From Flaccisagitta enflata (lineage: Eukaryota), in assembly GCA_965153355.1 (NCBI GenBank), contig OZ231126.1, positions 41,540,001-41,604,000 of the forward strand: 64,000 nt of DNA. Direction: 5' to 3'. Below, one piece after another: positions 28,780 to 47,457 of the stretch. Made by a program: the position numbers and the translations under genes. A model generated the notes under the pieces. It worked only from the letters and a program-made list of their open reading frames with translations, had not been told where the DNA came from and ran no database searches. Every line of letters begins with the position of its first letter. Within the stretch, counting starts at the first letter, position 1.

Positions 28780-30436
28780 CTGTGATTGCACGGTTTTTAG
28801 TCGCGACTCGCGACTCGGGAGTTAACTTGCATTGTCGGTCGGTCAGTTGGTTGATCGGTCTTTCCCTCAGTTTGTCACAATTTAGTGTTAAAGATGGTAA
28901 GTGCATTTTTTTAGGGATAGAAGGGGTCAAAACAGTTGATTAAAGCATTTGTAAGAGTTTTATCCAGTCGTTTCCATGGCATTCTGCGCCTTGATTTTTT
29001 TCGTAAACAAATCTCTCCCATGCGTTTTTAAGAAAACTATGACTAGAAAAGTCTGCCAAAAAAAAGAAAGAAAAAGAGCGCAAGAAAAGCTTACCGTAGG
29101 TACTGTCCATAATATTTTTCCATTTGTTCTTCTGTTTAAAGATTGAAAAACCGCTTGACCTAATCATATGTGAAAGTGTAGGGTAATACCCCAATTCTAA
29201 GCTCTTGCAGTGAAACGATCTCTTGCTCATGCGTTAAAAGGGGATGAAAAATTGAAAATGGTTAAAAAGTGTTTCAGTCTCGAAAATCAGAAATTCTATG
29301 CAGTCAAATTTGATGTTGGCGATTGAATCAAGCGCACGCGACTGCAAGGTGATGACCTTGTTTTTCTATCATAATGGAAAGGGAACGAAAGAAAGTCAAC
29401 GAATGAATTATGAGGACTATTTCCATTCACACAGATTCTATTGTGACGGAGAGTTGTTTGTGTCCCATCCGATATTTATGTACTACATTTCCGTTGGATT
29501 ATTGGACTGTTTGTCAGGAACACCTTTGCATAATACAGTGGAGTCTCACTGCAACCAGTGTCAAGGGACAAACAAATCCCATCGCCTCATTGATAAACAT
29601 TTGAAAGTAACAAGGCCAGATACACGGCTACCCAAGTTGCGTGCAGGTGGGCAGGGGCTGTATTTGCGGTGACTGGGTCATTTCGGTAGGTGCAGTGACG
29701 CCAAAGACCTCACCCCCCCCCCCCAAAAAAAAAAGTAAAGTGTGACGGAGAGATGGACCGACAGTCGGACGGACCGACGGATCGACGAAACGACAGTTGG
29801 ACGGACTGACGGATCGACGGAACGACAAAGCGGGGTGTAGCGTCGCGTAGCACATGACTAAAAACGATATGAAAGGAGCAAATCGACGGAGACAAATCAT
29901 GGCGAAATTATCAACTATCAACAATGACAAATTTTTACTCCTCAATTACATTGCTTCATCAGTTATTGTTTAATAAACACATGGAAATTTAAAACTGTTT
30001 GACAGATAATTCCAGGAAACTTTTTTTTTCATTTTGGACGCGTTGTGAAGACAAACTCAAGTTAGAAACCGAGGAAGCATGAAAAACATCACCAAGTGGA
30101 TTTTTCCATAACTTGAATGGGGAAAGAATTCGTTTTTGACAGTTTTTCGCATAAATTTTCATTGCGTAAGAAAAGATAATGAAATTCAATTTCTTTTAAT
30201 ATTCCTAAATTTTTCTTTTGCCTTAAGGATTGTATGCTCAGAAGCTGTGTTCCAATTCTTTTTTGCTGGATACTGAGTAAGAAGGAAACGAGGACACGTT
30301 TCGAATGTAAAGTCCATTCTACTCATTTATTCATTCGTTCATTCATTCATTCATTAATTCATTCTTTTTTTAAAAATCTATTCAGGACATTCATTCAAAT
30401 GAGCTCATTTACTCCAAGAGGTCGTATCGTTGGCCT

Positions 30437-30537
<101 letters not shown>

Positions 30538-30562
30538 CAGAAAGACAGAAAGACCGACAGAA

Positions 30563-30595
<33 letters not shown>

Positions 30596-30638
30596 GGTAG
30601 ACAGACAACAGACAGAGAGCGATTGAGTGAGAGAGACA

Positions 30639-31252
30639 CACTGCTGTCTCACACAAGGTTTGAGGCAAGAATGATATAACTATGTGGTTTTTTACATTTT
30701 TGCATAGTTCATGAGCATACAAACCAAGAACCATCAAGTAGAAAATCTTTCCTGGGGCGCTTTTTGAAATAAATGAAAAATTCAATATTTCTAGCTTCAT
30801 TTTTTATAAAAAGATTTTCAGGTTGGTTTAACCTTTTTGTTGGCAGCATAATGTTAATCCTGATATATTTCTAATTCATTTGATAGGTCGCACTATATGG
30901 TTTTCATAAGAAAAAAAAAATTATTTTTAAAGCCACCGTTACAAAATTAAAACGGTGGCCTAGAATATGAAAAATTCATTTCTTATGAAAACCATATAGT
31001 GCGACCTATCAAATGAATCAGAATTTTATCAGGATTAACAATATGCTCTTAAAAAATAGGTTAAACCAACCTGAAAAATTTTTCATGAAAAATAAAGCTA
31101 AAATATTGAATTTTTCATTTTTTTCAAAAAGCGCCTCTGGAAAGATTTTCTACTTGATGGTTCTTGGTTTGTATGCTCATGACCTATGCAAAAATGCAAA
31201 AAACCGCATAGTTATGTCATTCTTGTCTCAAACTTTGTGTGAGACAGCAGTG
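30639..31252. mobile_element. Fold-back MITE, CMC/Chapaev-like
   Basis: CACTGCTGTCTCACACAA...TTGTGTGAGACAGCAGTG, arms of roughly 290 bp, GACA on both flanks (4-bp TSD). Confidence 0.82.
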
Positions 31253-31960
31253 GACAGAGACAGAGAAATGAATAGACCGCCCTCGCTCAAGACGAAACTG
31301 ATCTATTTCACATATGGTTCAATGAGGTGATTTTCTATGGCTTGCTGGCAATAAACGAAGCCATTAACCGGCATTTTCTGAATATCCCGTAGGCGAGTTG
31401 GAACGCCTACTGCCACGCGCCATTCCAAAAGTCAAACCCTCTTCGATGACAGCTTTCTTGAACATAGTATGGTGATCTGCTGGGTGGTTGATGGTTGGGC
31501 ACAGGGATGAGGGAGCGATCAACTTTCTGCCGCTTTCATTTTTTTAGTAGCGGATCCGCGGCTGTAGAACTTGCCGTCGGTCGGTGACTTTTTTTAAGTG
31601 AGAGTGTTATTTACTGCACCGCCCCTGTCCACCCGTGCGCGAATGGGGGGAGGGTATACGGCCTTGTTTACTGCACCGCCGCTGTCCACCCGTCTGCCAC
31701 TGGGATGAGTATATACGGTCTTGTTTACTGCACCGCCGCTATCCATCCGTCCGCGACTGGGGTAGCCGTGTATCCGGCCTTGTTTACTGCACCGCCGCTG
31801 TCCACCTGTCCGCGACTGGGGGGAGGGTATACGGGCTTTTTTTTAGTTCAAATTTGTAAAGACAATCCTCTCACCAAATTGGAGGTGGTCAATCGTTTCC
31901 ACTTGCCAAGTTGTGCATTTCGACATGATATTACTGATGATCATGGGGAATAGATAGAAG

Positions 31961-32643
31961 CAGGCGTGTATAAAGTTGAGCATTCCCCCCCCCCCCCGGC
32001 GGGGGGGGGAATAAAATCAAAGGGTTTGGAGATGGGGAAAAAAATCAAAAGCTAAAAAAAAAGAAAAAAGGAAATTTTTGATGATTTAACACTTTTGGTA
32101 GTTCCAAATGGTAGTCTCTGCTTACTACAACACAATTTAACACTATTTAAACCTATAATGTTCTGTCTTATTGCTTTGTGAGGAAGAAAATCATAGATTT
32201 TGTAATGCGATGCGACGCGTCGCGGGGAGGAAAATCAAAGGCAGGGGGGGAATAAAATCAAACGCCGCTCAACTATATACACTACGTTCCATGAAGCGCC
32301 CCAAACTTCGACTATGGCTTTCACCAATCTAACCACAGTTGAGGCTTGGTAAAAAAATATTCCATGCCAAATTTTGGGCCTCTCAGATAGCAGGAACCTT
32401 CGTTAGGGTGAGGTTGAAGTTTGCATTGAATTAGAATTGGAATCAGTATTTCTATTATGCAAATTTTGTCTCTGCCATAGATTTCTATGGAAACTTCATG
32501 GTCATCCTAACGAAGGTTCCCCCTATCCCAGAGGCCTGAAAATTTGCATGAGATATTTTTTTACCAAGCCTCGTCTATGGTAAGATTGGTGAGAGCCAGT
32601 GTTCAACTTTGGGGCGTTTCAATTGACGTAATATACACCCCTG
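31961..32643. mobile_element. hAT-like MITE
   Basis: TIR CAGG(C/G)GTGTATA.AGTTGAGC, 8-bp TSD GATAGAAG; right TIR split by 32283-32630. Confidence 0.85.
32283..32630. mobile_element. Fold-back MITE with 8-bp TSD
   Basis: TACGT...ACGTA termini, ~150-bp arms, TSD ATATACAC (32275-32282, 32631-32638). Confidence 0.85.
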
Positions 32644-32657
32644 GATAGAAGCACCCT

Positions 32658-33219
<562 letters not shown>

Positions 33220-33402
33220 AGTGAGAGGATGTAGCGGTAAAAGTCACGTGCATCAATGCGTAACGTCACAACATCTTGAATGAAAGAGGAAAACGGAATC
33301 ATGTGTGCGATAAATTACTTCAAATCACGTGACGCTGTTACGATACGAAAGATTTCATTCACAGAATTACGTCACACAGCCTGATCATTTGAAAAAAAAT
33401 CT

Positions 33403-33576
33403 TTTTAGTCGCGGACACGCGACTCTACACCTTGCCGTGTCGGTCGGTCGGTAGGTCGGTCGGTAGGTCGGTCGGTCCGTCCGTCCGTCCGTCACATTTT
33501 TGAATTCCGAGCGGTTTTCGCATTACTGCTCCTGCCCAACCGTCCGCGACTGTATTGCCGTGTATCCGGCCTTGTT
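33403..33576 (+). mobile_element. HINE/DINE-1-like Helentron derivative, family A (representative copy)
   Basis: T-run, 5' hairpin AGTCGCG..CGCGACT, (GTCG/GTCC)n, 3' subTIR CGCGACT, hairpin GCCGTGTATCCGGC, TTGTT. Other copies at ~341-535(-), 962-1152, 1478-1620(-), 1875-2040, 17255-17443(-), 28795-29362, 29608-29863(-), 34157-34342, 40515-40742, 49250-49603. Confidence 0.75.
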
Positions 33577-34782
33577 TTTAATGACTATTCTTCGGATTTC
33601 TGTCTGTCTCTATCAGTGATCTTTTTCCCAACTCTCCATCCCCAGTTTTGAGTGCCCTGATATCATCTTTTCCATTTTCTGTCTTTTTCCATTTGTCATT
33701 CTATCTATGAATCTGTCCCTCTGTTTGATTCAATCATGGAATTGGCAAACGTCTTCCTGTTTTTTTCTTCTTTGAGAATACTATCTATGAATCTGTCCCT
33801 CTGTTTGATTCAATCATGGAATTAGCAAACGTCTTCCTGTTTTTTTCTTCTTTGAGAAAAAATACTTAGTTTCTCTAATTCTATTCATGAGACGACGTTA
33901 GTTGACACGGGAGAGACACGGGACGGTTTTCTCAGCATGAATTGATGCCTATAATTATAACTCTGATGGACGATCGTCAATTAACTTCCAAATTTGTGTA
34001 TGGCTTAAGAAACACACAATGACTGAAGCTTTCACACTAGGTCACACGAGGTATAAACGGACTCGCGACGCACTAGAATGCCTTTTTGATGGTTTCTTTG
34101 TTTATCAGTTGGCAGTTTTTGTGTTTTTGTGTTTGTGGTTGTTTGTGGTTGTTTGCTTTTTAGTCGCGTACACGCAACTCTACGCCCCACTTTGTCCCTG
34201 CGTCGGTCAGTTGGTTTGTCACAGTTTTCTTTTTAAAGATATTTTTTTTTACCTCACTGCTCCTACCCCATTGGTATAGTGATCTCAAATGTGTCCCCTG
34301 CCCACCCGCACGCGACTTCGGTAGCCGTGTATCCGGCCTTGTTCTTTTTAATTGCGGACACGCAACTCTATAGAAGGTCTGTTGGTCCGCTGGTCCATCC
34401 GTAATGATCGAGTCGAAAACGAGCGGTTTAGACACTTTATGTGTGTAAGGGGGTCTGGGGTCTAAATGGGGGTTGGATGCCCCTGCCCACCCGTCCGAAA
34501 CGATATTGTGACCCCGCGTCACTTCTTTTTTTCTTTTTTGCTTTCTTTCTCTCTTTCACCCTATCAACTTTTCTTTCTTTCCCTTTTAATAGATTTCCTT
34601 CTTTCTTTCTTACTTACTCTGTTTCTTTGTTTCTTTGATTCTTTGTTTCTTTGTTTCTTTGTTTCTTTGTTTCTTTGTTTCTTTGTTTCTTTGTTTCTTT
34701 GTTTCTTTGTTCCTTTGTTTCTTTTTTTTCTTTCTTCTTTTTTTTTAAATTTTTTCTTTCATTCTTTCTTTCATTCTTTCAT

Positions 34783-34838
<56 letters not shown>

Positions 34839-35134
34839 TCAGTTTGCTTTGTTAATTTGCTTGATTGTTTGTTTCTGTCTTTTTGTGCAGCAGCCTCAAT
34901 AGGGGATCAAGTCACTGAGAATACAGGGGAATCTGTCTGTCCATCTGTCCATATATCTGTCTGCCCCCCAGCTACAGGAATACGTTTCTTCTTTTGAGCC
35001 CATTCAAAAAATTCAAATTTTCTCCATGTTTTTCAATGAGAATTTTTGTAGCATTTACAATTCTTTCTTCTTTTTTACACATAATTCTATGGTGATTGTC
35101 ACATTTTCTCCTTTTTCCGGGTCAATTTTTCATC

Positions 35135-36868
35135 TTTTTAGTCGCGTGCTACGCGACTCTACACCCCGCTTTGTCCGTCGGTCGGTTGGTCGGTCGGTTG
35201 GTCACACTTTACTTTTTTTATCCGTTTTATTCCTACTAACTCATATTAAGTAAATTAGGTCATTTAAAGTCAAATTAGATCATTTTAAGTCATTTTGGGT
35301 CATTTAAAGTCAGTTTAAGGCTATCGTTGCTTCAAAATGAAGTTACCCTGAAATTTTTTTTTCTTTTATAGAATGTCAAATACTAGTGTAAGAAACCCCT
35401 TCAAAAAATTTCTGAAAATTGAAAAAACTCAAATATAGGCAATTTTTCAGGCACTCGCTAGCCTGACTGGGGCAACGGAGGAAGCTGAAATTTTTCCTGA
35501 AGATAGACAAGACATGTGGCCAGGGTACGCCTGTAAAAAAAATTTGAATTTTATTATTTTACATACAATAAATCCAAGAAGAAATCTGTAAAATGTAGCC
35601 ATATAGAGGCTAGTAGCTTTTTTTGGAATTTGTTCCAGGTCTACCCTGGCCACATGTCTTCTCTATCTACAGTACAAATTTCAGCTTCCTACGTTGCCCC
35701 AGTCAGGCTAGCGAGTGTCTAAAAAATTGTCATTATTTTGCCATTCATTAAAGTAAAAATTGTGAGTATTACAGGGTAAAGGTACAACTTATGAACGATT
35801 TTTTTCATCAACTCGTTTTTAGTCTCCCTAACTCTCAGTTTTAAAGCACAAATTCATAGAAGCAGTCAGCGTCTGTGGCTAGTGAGTAGATTGCCTGACA
35901 TGAGCACTGAGATAATGCGCAAGGTGAGAATAGAAATTGATTTCTTGAAACATTGACCTGGGAAAAAGAGTTTGTGATTAAGGAGGGGCAGACAGCCTCC
36001 TTAAGTCTATTGTTCAAATCCTCCACTGATATATTGATAATTTTCATTTTTTCCTTTTTGCTTGATCAAAGCATTCCGGATTTTGTTTTTGCTCTGTAAT
36101 TTGGGTCAGGCCAGTGCTTGATAGTTGAAAATTGTAAGAGAACCCCTCTGTACGCACATTATTCATGAAAACAGATTTTTAATTTTACGACTATCTTGAG
36201 GAAATGTAAGCCTTAAGTCAATTTAAGTCATTTGAGTTATTTTAATAGTTTTCAGCATTTTAGTGATTTTAGGTCAATTTAAGTCAATTTAAGTCATTCA
36301 AAGTCATTTTAAGTCAATTTAAGTCAATTTAAGTCATTTTAGTCACTGGGTCATTTTAGTCATTTTAGGTCAATTCAAGTCAATTTAGGTCATTTTAAGT
36401 CATTTTAGGTCATTTTAGGTAAATTAGGTCATTTAAATTAGGTCATTTAAAGTCAAATTAAATCATTTTAAGTCATTTTGGGTCATTTAAAGTCAGTTTA
36501 AGACAATTTAAGTCATTTGAGTTATTTTAATAGTTTTCAGCATTTTAGTGATTTTAGGTCAATTTAAGTCAGTTAAGTTCAATTTAAGTCATTCTAGGTC
36601 AATTTAAGTCATTTAATGACATTTAAAGTCATTTTAAGTCAATTTAAGTCAATTTAAGTCAATTTAAGTCATTTTAGTCACTGGGTTATTTTAGTCATTT
36701 TAGGTCAATTCAAGTCAATTTAGGTCATTTTAAGTCATTCTAGGTCATTTTAAATCATTTTAAGTCATCTTATATCAATTAAGTTCAATGAAAGTCATTT
36801 TAGTTATGTGGTTATGTAATGATTAATTATTTAAGTCTTGCACGCGACTTATAGGTGTTGGCCTTGTT
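35135..36868 (+). mobile_element. Expanded family-A HINE with (TAAGTCATTT)n array
   Basis: 5' hairpin at ~35140, 3' end CACGCGACTTATAGGTGTTGGCCTTGTT at ~36841-36868. Confidence 0.7.
35319..36213. mobile_element. TTAA-flanked element (Kolobok-like?) with internal hairpin
   Basis: ttaa|GGCT...AGCC|ttaa; ~100-bp inverted repeat at ~35440-35730. Confidence 0.55.
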
Positions 36869-37189
36869 CAATTTTCATCTTGAGTCAACTTTTCACGTTA
36901 TTCAATGGGATTTTTAGTTTTCTTGAAAAGATTCCCCCTTTGTCCTACTGGACTTTGTAACTTTCAGGGCCGCTGCCCCACTCCACCTCAATTTCAATCA
37001 CTAACCAGTTTTGCAGGGGACGGGTTACCGTTGACCACAAACTGCCTTTGGGCTGCCATCTGTTTCTTTCTTGGTGATTCCATTATCGAAAAATGGATAA
37101 GTTGACATCATTTCGAGAAACCGAAAATCAATTTCTCCCGTTTTTGAGGCAATGAAATTGGCACCGATGGCTTTGCAATGGCCTCTCTC

Positions 37190-37358
<169 letters not shown>

Positions 37359-37939
37359 ATCTGCTGATCTGCTTACGCCCCATTCCTGTGTCACCGCTGA
37401 CCACGATCCACGATCCTTGGATGACTGGCTCATACACTCGCTTGCTATCGGGGACACTGTGCTTGTTTGTCATTTGGTCTATATCCAATTATGTCCAAAT
37501 TTGACCACTCCACATTTTGCCAGTTAAAGCGCTTTTTCTTGGCAGCTGCGAGTGCAAATGCCTTAAGTTGTCACTGGATCAACTATAACTCAATCTGTCT
37601 TCGATAGCCAGTCTGCTGGAATAAAAGTACGGATTATTGGATGTTTGGACTTCAATAGGTAAAAAGGTTCAACTGGAATAAAAGAATCAAGTGTGGAAGA
37701 AGAAGAAGCAAAGAATGAAAAAAATTCAGAAGAAAAAAAGAATAAAAGAGGGAGTTGGAGAAAGCAAAGAGAGAAAAAACATCTGGTTTTCGTACTTGAG
37801 AATCGATTAGGAGCTCAATTGCAATGGTGTGTTTTCTCTCATTCTCTCTTTTGCCTAGATTCAATTCGTTGCGGGTTTTTGGTGCGATAACGAAAAAGAA
37901 GAAAGTATTTGTGTACATGAACGTGCAACCACACGCTCA

Positions 37940-38030
<91 letters not shown>

Positions 38031-38380
38031 AAAAAGAAACAGAGACAGCCAGACATACAGACAGAAAGATAGTCTATCAGGAAGACAGACAGAATGACAA
38101 GAAAAAACAAACATAAAGACAGACAGAGTCAGTCACAGAGACGGAGGGATGGAGAAAGCTAAAGTCATGCACAAAACCATGGGCAGAGGGACAAAATATC
38201 CGAACTCGCCACGGGAAGGTTGTAACTAATTTGCTATCGACTATGCATTCTAGTGTAAGACAATGTGGGAAAAATTCAAACATAAATGTAATTAACTACA
38301 ATTAAATGTCATGCAAATATGTGTCAGTAGTTGATGGGTCGATTCAATCGTAAATGCCTCCATTAATCCAATTACAATTA

Positions 38381-38973
38381 CTATCTAGGAAAAAAGTTTG
38401 GAAGCACTTTGGGTTTGTAGTATGTTTTCCCTCCTATGCACTCCAAACTTATACACCTGATTGTTTTGGTTATTTTTGTATTCATACTAACTAGAACAAA
38501 AGCGAAAAACGATCTTCAATCCTATTAAGGAACCGCAAGTTTAGTTTGTTTATCACAACTAAGAGGTGGTTGTGGTAAAAATGGTACATTTTGGTCATTT
38601 TGGCTGCAAAATTGGGCTACTTCCCATTCGAAATCTGACTTGAAATCCATGAGATTATGCAACTAGAGCTCAAGAGCTAACCAGTGGTGCAATCCGCATG
38701 TTTTCATCATTTTTTGGTAAAATTTGAGAGTAATTCAAAGATTGAAGGGTCAGGAAAAAAAAGAAATCCTCCTTTTTTTGCCGTTTTTGAAAGTGCATGA
38801 TCAAATTCAAACTAACGGCATTTCTAAAAGGTTTTATGCATAGAGAAGAGATTGCACTCAGATTGTAGATTTTTTGACGTAGATTAAAATGCTCATAAAT
38901 TTTTTGTATTTATCTCAACGGGAAGTTGAGATATTCCTCTTTAAAGGTGCTTCCAAACATATTTCCTAAATAG
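38381..38973. mobile_element. TA-flanked MITE
   Basis: TIR CTAT(C/T)TAGGAAA..GTTTGGAAGCAC. Confidence 0.75.
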
Positions 38974-39142
38974 TACATGTCATAGAATTACGTATCTGTT
39001 ACTTGATCGGTTGGTTTAAACGTAAATGCATACAATGACAATAATATGTCATACAATAACGAATCCATTGGTTATGCTTTCATTTAATCAACCACAAGGC
39101 GCAGATTATATACATCTTTCAATTACGGTGGAAACCGTTCAC

Positions 39143-40002
39143 TACGCTGAGGAGAATACACTTTTTCTCATGCAGGGACCCAGAGGAGGGCCCAGAATTT
39201 TTTAATTTGATGTAATTAATGTATTCTAAAAATTTCAGGACCATAGATGTTCTTAAACATTCATCATATTGCAACTGAAAAATGGCTCATCCTTAAGGGG
39301 GCCAAAATTTCAAAATCATTTTTCCTCAAATCTGATGGCAGATTCAGATACCTTGTAAAAGATTTTACCAGATAGTATATTTCTTTTTTAACAAAATTTT
39401 GTTTTTAAGCTAAAAAAAATGCAAAAACCTCTAAAAAACCTTGTTTTTTAAAAACCCTCATTTTTGAAGGTTTTTTGAATTTTTTTAGGTTACAAACAAA
39501 ATTTTGAAAAAAGAAAATATAGTATCTGCCCACCTTGATATGGGGGCTGAGAAAAACCCGAGATGAACCTCAATAGCTTAATTTACATGAAAAGCATACT
39601 TCTAAATGCCCCAGTAAGGTGAAATTTTACATAAAGAAAGACAATGGTTTTGCAGAGCTTCAGTTAAAATTTCATCTCACTGGGTTAACTAGAAGTATGC
39701 TTTTCATGTAAATTAAGCTATTGAAACATGCTAGATTCATCTCGGGTTTTTCTCAGCCCCCAGATCAAGGTGCTGCCTTAATTTTTACAAGGAATCTGAA
39801 TCTGGCATCAGATTTGATGAAAAATGATTCTGAAATTTTGGCCCCCTTATGGATGAGCCATTTTTTAGTTGCAATATGATGAATGTTGAAGAACATCTAT
39901 GGACCTGAAATTTTTAGAATACATTATTTTCATCAAAGTAAAAAAATCTGAGCCCTCCTCAGGGTATGTGCATGAAAAAAAAAGTGTATTCTCCTCAGCC
40001 TA
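39143..40002. mobile_element. Fold-back hAT-like MITE
   Basis: TA(C/G)GCTGAGGAGAATACAC TIR, long inverted arms, 8-bp TSD CCGTTCAC (39135-39142, 40003-40010). Confidence 0.88.
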
Positions 40003-40161
40003 CCGTTCACGTTTCAGTGCAACAAAATAGGAGAGTGTGACATTTCTTATCTAGAGCAAGCCTAAATGTAGTGTGTAGATGGGCAATGGCAATCACTCGC
40101 GAGAACTGAGGGACTGATGCACTGACCAACGGACCAAGGAACGGACTGATCAATTAAGCTC

Positions 40162-40490
40162 TTAAGGCTCATGCACGGCATGCACGCCACCACAAAAATG
40201 AAACATAGATAAAGAAAACTCGTCGGACACTGGGGACAAGTTTCTTGGTTGCAAAGTAATTCCATCTTCCGGGTACTGAACGGTGAGAGTTCGGAAACTT
40301 GGAGAGACAAAGTCAACCAGTTTCTGGCCATCTTTGAGTATTGTGTTTTCACAAATAACGACGATTTGCGCCGAGTCCACAGACGCAGAGGGAGAAAGAC
40401 GCTCCTTGAGACGATCAATGGCAAAACCTTTTACGGCCGAAACTTTGTCCGTCTGCTTGAAGCTCTTCAGAACGGTCTCTTCAGACAGAT
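40162..40490 (-). CDS. Predicted exon C of the receptor-RNase gene, ubiquitin-like (beta-grasp/RAWUL-like) domain
   Basis: Acceptor ctttattctcatatgcag|AT, phase 1, matching exon B. Reads DLSEETVLKSFKQTDKVSAVKGFAIDRLKERL...QIVVICENTILKDGQKLVDFVSPSFRTLTVQY, resembling ubiquitin SDTIENVK / QRLIFAGKQLEDGRTLSDY. Stop at 40162. Confidence 0.68.
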
Positions 40491-41054
40491 CTGCATATGA
40501 GAATAAAGGTTAACTTTTTAGTCGCGTGCACGCGACTCTACAACCCACTCTGTCCATCTGTCCGTCTGTCGGTCGGAAGCACTTAGCTTTTTTTCGACGT
40601 TTTACACCATTTTAAGTCATTCTAAGATGTTTAAGGTAAATTCAAGTCAATTTACATTTAGTCTGTTAGTCTTTTGGTCTTTTAATCTTTTGGTCTCATG
40701 GTCTTAACAACCGCACGCGACTGTAAAGGGTTGTCCTTGTTTATTAAACTGGTCGCTCATGAATAAACAATTATGTAAAATTGCTTGATGATTAAAGGAT
40801 ATCATCAGAACAACATTTTTTTCCATTTCACTTGTCGGTTTAGGTAAAGACAATGAAATTGCGAATTATCGAAGTGCATTTCGAGAACATAAAAGATAAT
40901 GCCTATAATGACGCCGATTCAATGCAAACATGAAATTAACTAAATGAGCCATCTAAAAAATCCAGATTTTGCGAATATATCTTAAAATCGAGTGTGTTAA
41001 AGCAAGTTGCGACACATTTCGAATCTACAATTCATTAAGCATTCCAATACGAAC

Positions 41055-41232
41055 CTGAATGGTTGACAACCGGAAGAAACTCGATTATGAGTTCGGGTTT
41101 TATGACTTGAATCGTCGATCCCTCGGAAACAAAGACTTTGGGCCTGCCGATGGCGGGTTGGAACTCAGCTTTTGAAGTCGTGGCGTTGGTGTGCGGATCA
41201 GTTGTTGCCTCCCACGACAACGAATTTGCCAC
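41055..41232 (-). CDS. Predicted exon B of the receptor-RNase gene (VANSLSWEA...PELIIEFLPVVNHS)
   Basis: Acceptor tattcag|GTG at 41233/41232 is phase 0, matching the exon A donor. Donor TCAG|GTTCGT at 41054 is phase 1. 178 nt, open frame. Confidence 0.65.
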
Positions 41233-41453
41233 CTGAATATTTGATATTTAATATTTAATCTTTTCCCCGTCGATGGTGAAATTGTTATCAGAGCTTGAAG
41301 CTCTAGTGTTGAAATTGGTGGCGTTTGCGTATGCCTTACGTGGAAATGGCGTTGCGACCATAATGATTTAAAAGATTCATTCTAATGCTGAATATGTAGA
41401 TTTTTTTTATAATCTAGAGAAAAAAAAGTTATGAAAGAACTTATCATATTCAC

Positions 41454-46142
<4,689 letters not shown>

Positions 46143-47457
46143 TCTTCCCTTTCGTGTGAGGACAATTGATGCTTCAAACGAAAATTCTCTGTAAAAGAAC
46201 CGTTGGACTGAGTAAATGTAGGTACCTGAATTTGAATTAGGGCAGCTAAGAATTCGAGAAACTATAACGTAAAACGGGCAAACATGTTTTATTGTTAGTA
46301 TATAGTCATAGATAAGGTTCGAAAATCAAATTTACAAACATGCGGCCTCTGATGGTTGGGATCGTAACTTCGTAAAAACAATCCAGTTATAATTTTTAGC
46401 CTAAAAGCCACATTTCGATCGGTCCTTCCATCGGTCTGCCGGTCCGTCCATCTCTCCGTCAAAAAGTCGCTTCTTCGAGATTTCCGCTCTTGCCCACCCG
46501 TCCATAATAAAAGTTGCCGTGACAACCGTGTATCCCGCTTTAAAATTCACCTGAGACAGACAGCGTACATCATTTATGACAGTTCAAGTTAACAAGTAAC
46601 GCGGATACGCCGGCAGGGGCGCACGACTCCCTAGCACTTGCCCCTTCCATACCCCCTTCTACAACCCACCCCTCCTCCAAACACTTGGTGTGCCTTAAAT
46701 AGGAGCACAAAAGCAGATTATGGTCAGCGTTACCCGCGCCCAGCTTTAGTTGTTTGAGTTGAAGGGAGGAGCAGGGCAGCATCCATGAAGGGAATAAAAT
46801 CTGTCTGTCCAACAGTTCATCATCTGGGTCCCAGAGACTGGGATTTGGGTGTTGGAAGCTGAGATCTGTACCAAGGAGAGTTTTGGAGACTAAGAAAAGG
46901 GCCTTAGAGACTTCGAAAATCTGGGTCTCTAAGACTGGGATCTGTGTGAAAGATGCCAGGATCCGGGATCCGAGTATTGGAAGCCAGAATCTGGGTCTTG
47001 GAGGTCAGGGTCTGGGTCTGAAGACTCAGTATCTGGTTTTTTGAGGCTAGGGTCTGGTTCTTGGAGATCAAGATTAGGATCTGGGAGGTGAGGATATGGG
47101 TCTGGGAGGCCAGGATCGAAGCTGGGCCAGGAGGGCTAGGGTCTATATGGTGATGAGGCAGGGGGCAGGAGGGACAGACATGCAGATTCCCCCTGTGTTC
47201 TACAGAATTCGTTTTCCTTCAGGCTGCTGCCAAAAAACGCAATTTCAAATTTTCCAACTCAGGAGTGACCGACGGACCAACATACCGACCAACAAACGGG
47301 CAAACCAACAGACCAACCGACAGACAAAATCTTTTATAGAATCGCTAGTCCGAGACCAAAAAGAAAAAAAAGAAAAAAGAAGAAGAGAGAACAGCTTTAT
47401 GAAATCTTTTAACATCTGTTTTCCGCCCATCAAAATCGAAGTCCTTAATTAAGTTTT

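Noticed and set aside
33701-33860. 80-bp direct duplication
   Set aside because: Ordinary local tandem duplication with no further structure.
37370-37457. Walker-A-like IVVSGDTGMGRK
   Set aside because: Does not match GK[ST], spans a probable donor site and has no supporting domain.
40249-40513. Plus-strand ORFs of 83 and 76 aa
   Set aside because: Antisense shadows of predicted exon C.
41414-41453. 40-nt intron using the acceptor ttttctctag at ~41414
   Set aside because: Very short and leads to an early stop; the 41233 acceptor gives a coherent downstream domain. Not strictly excluded.
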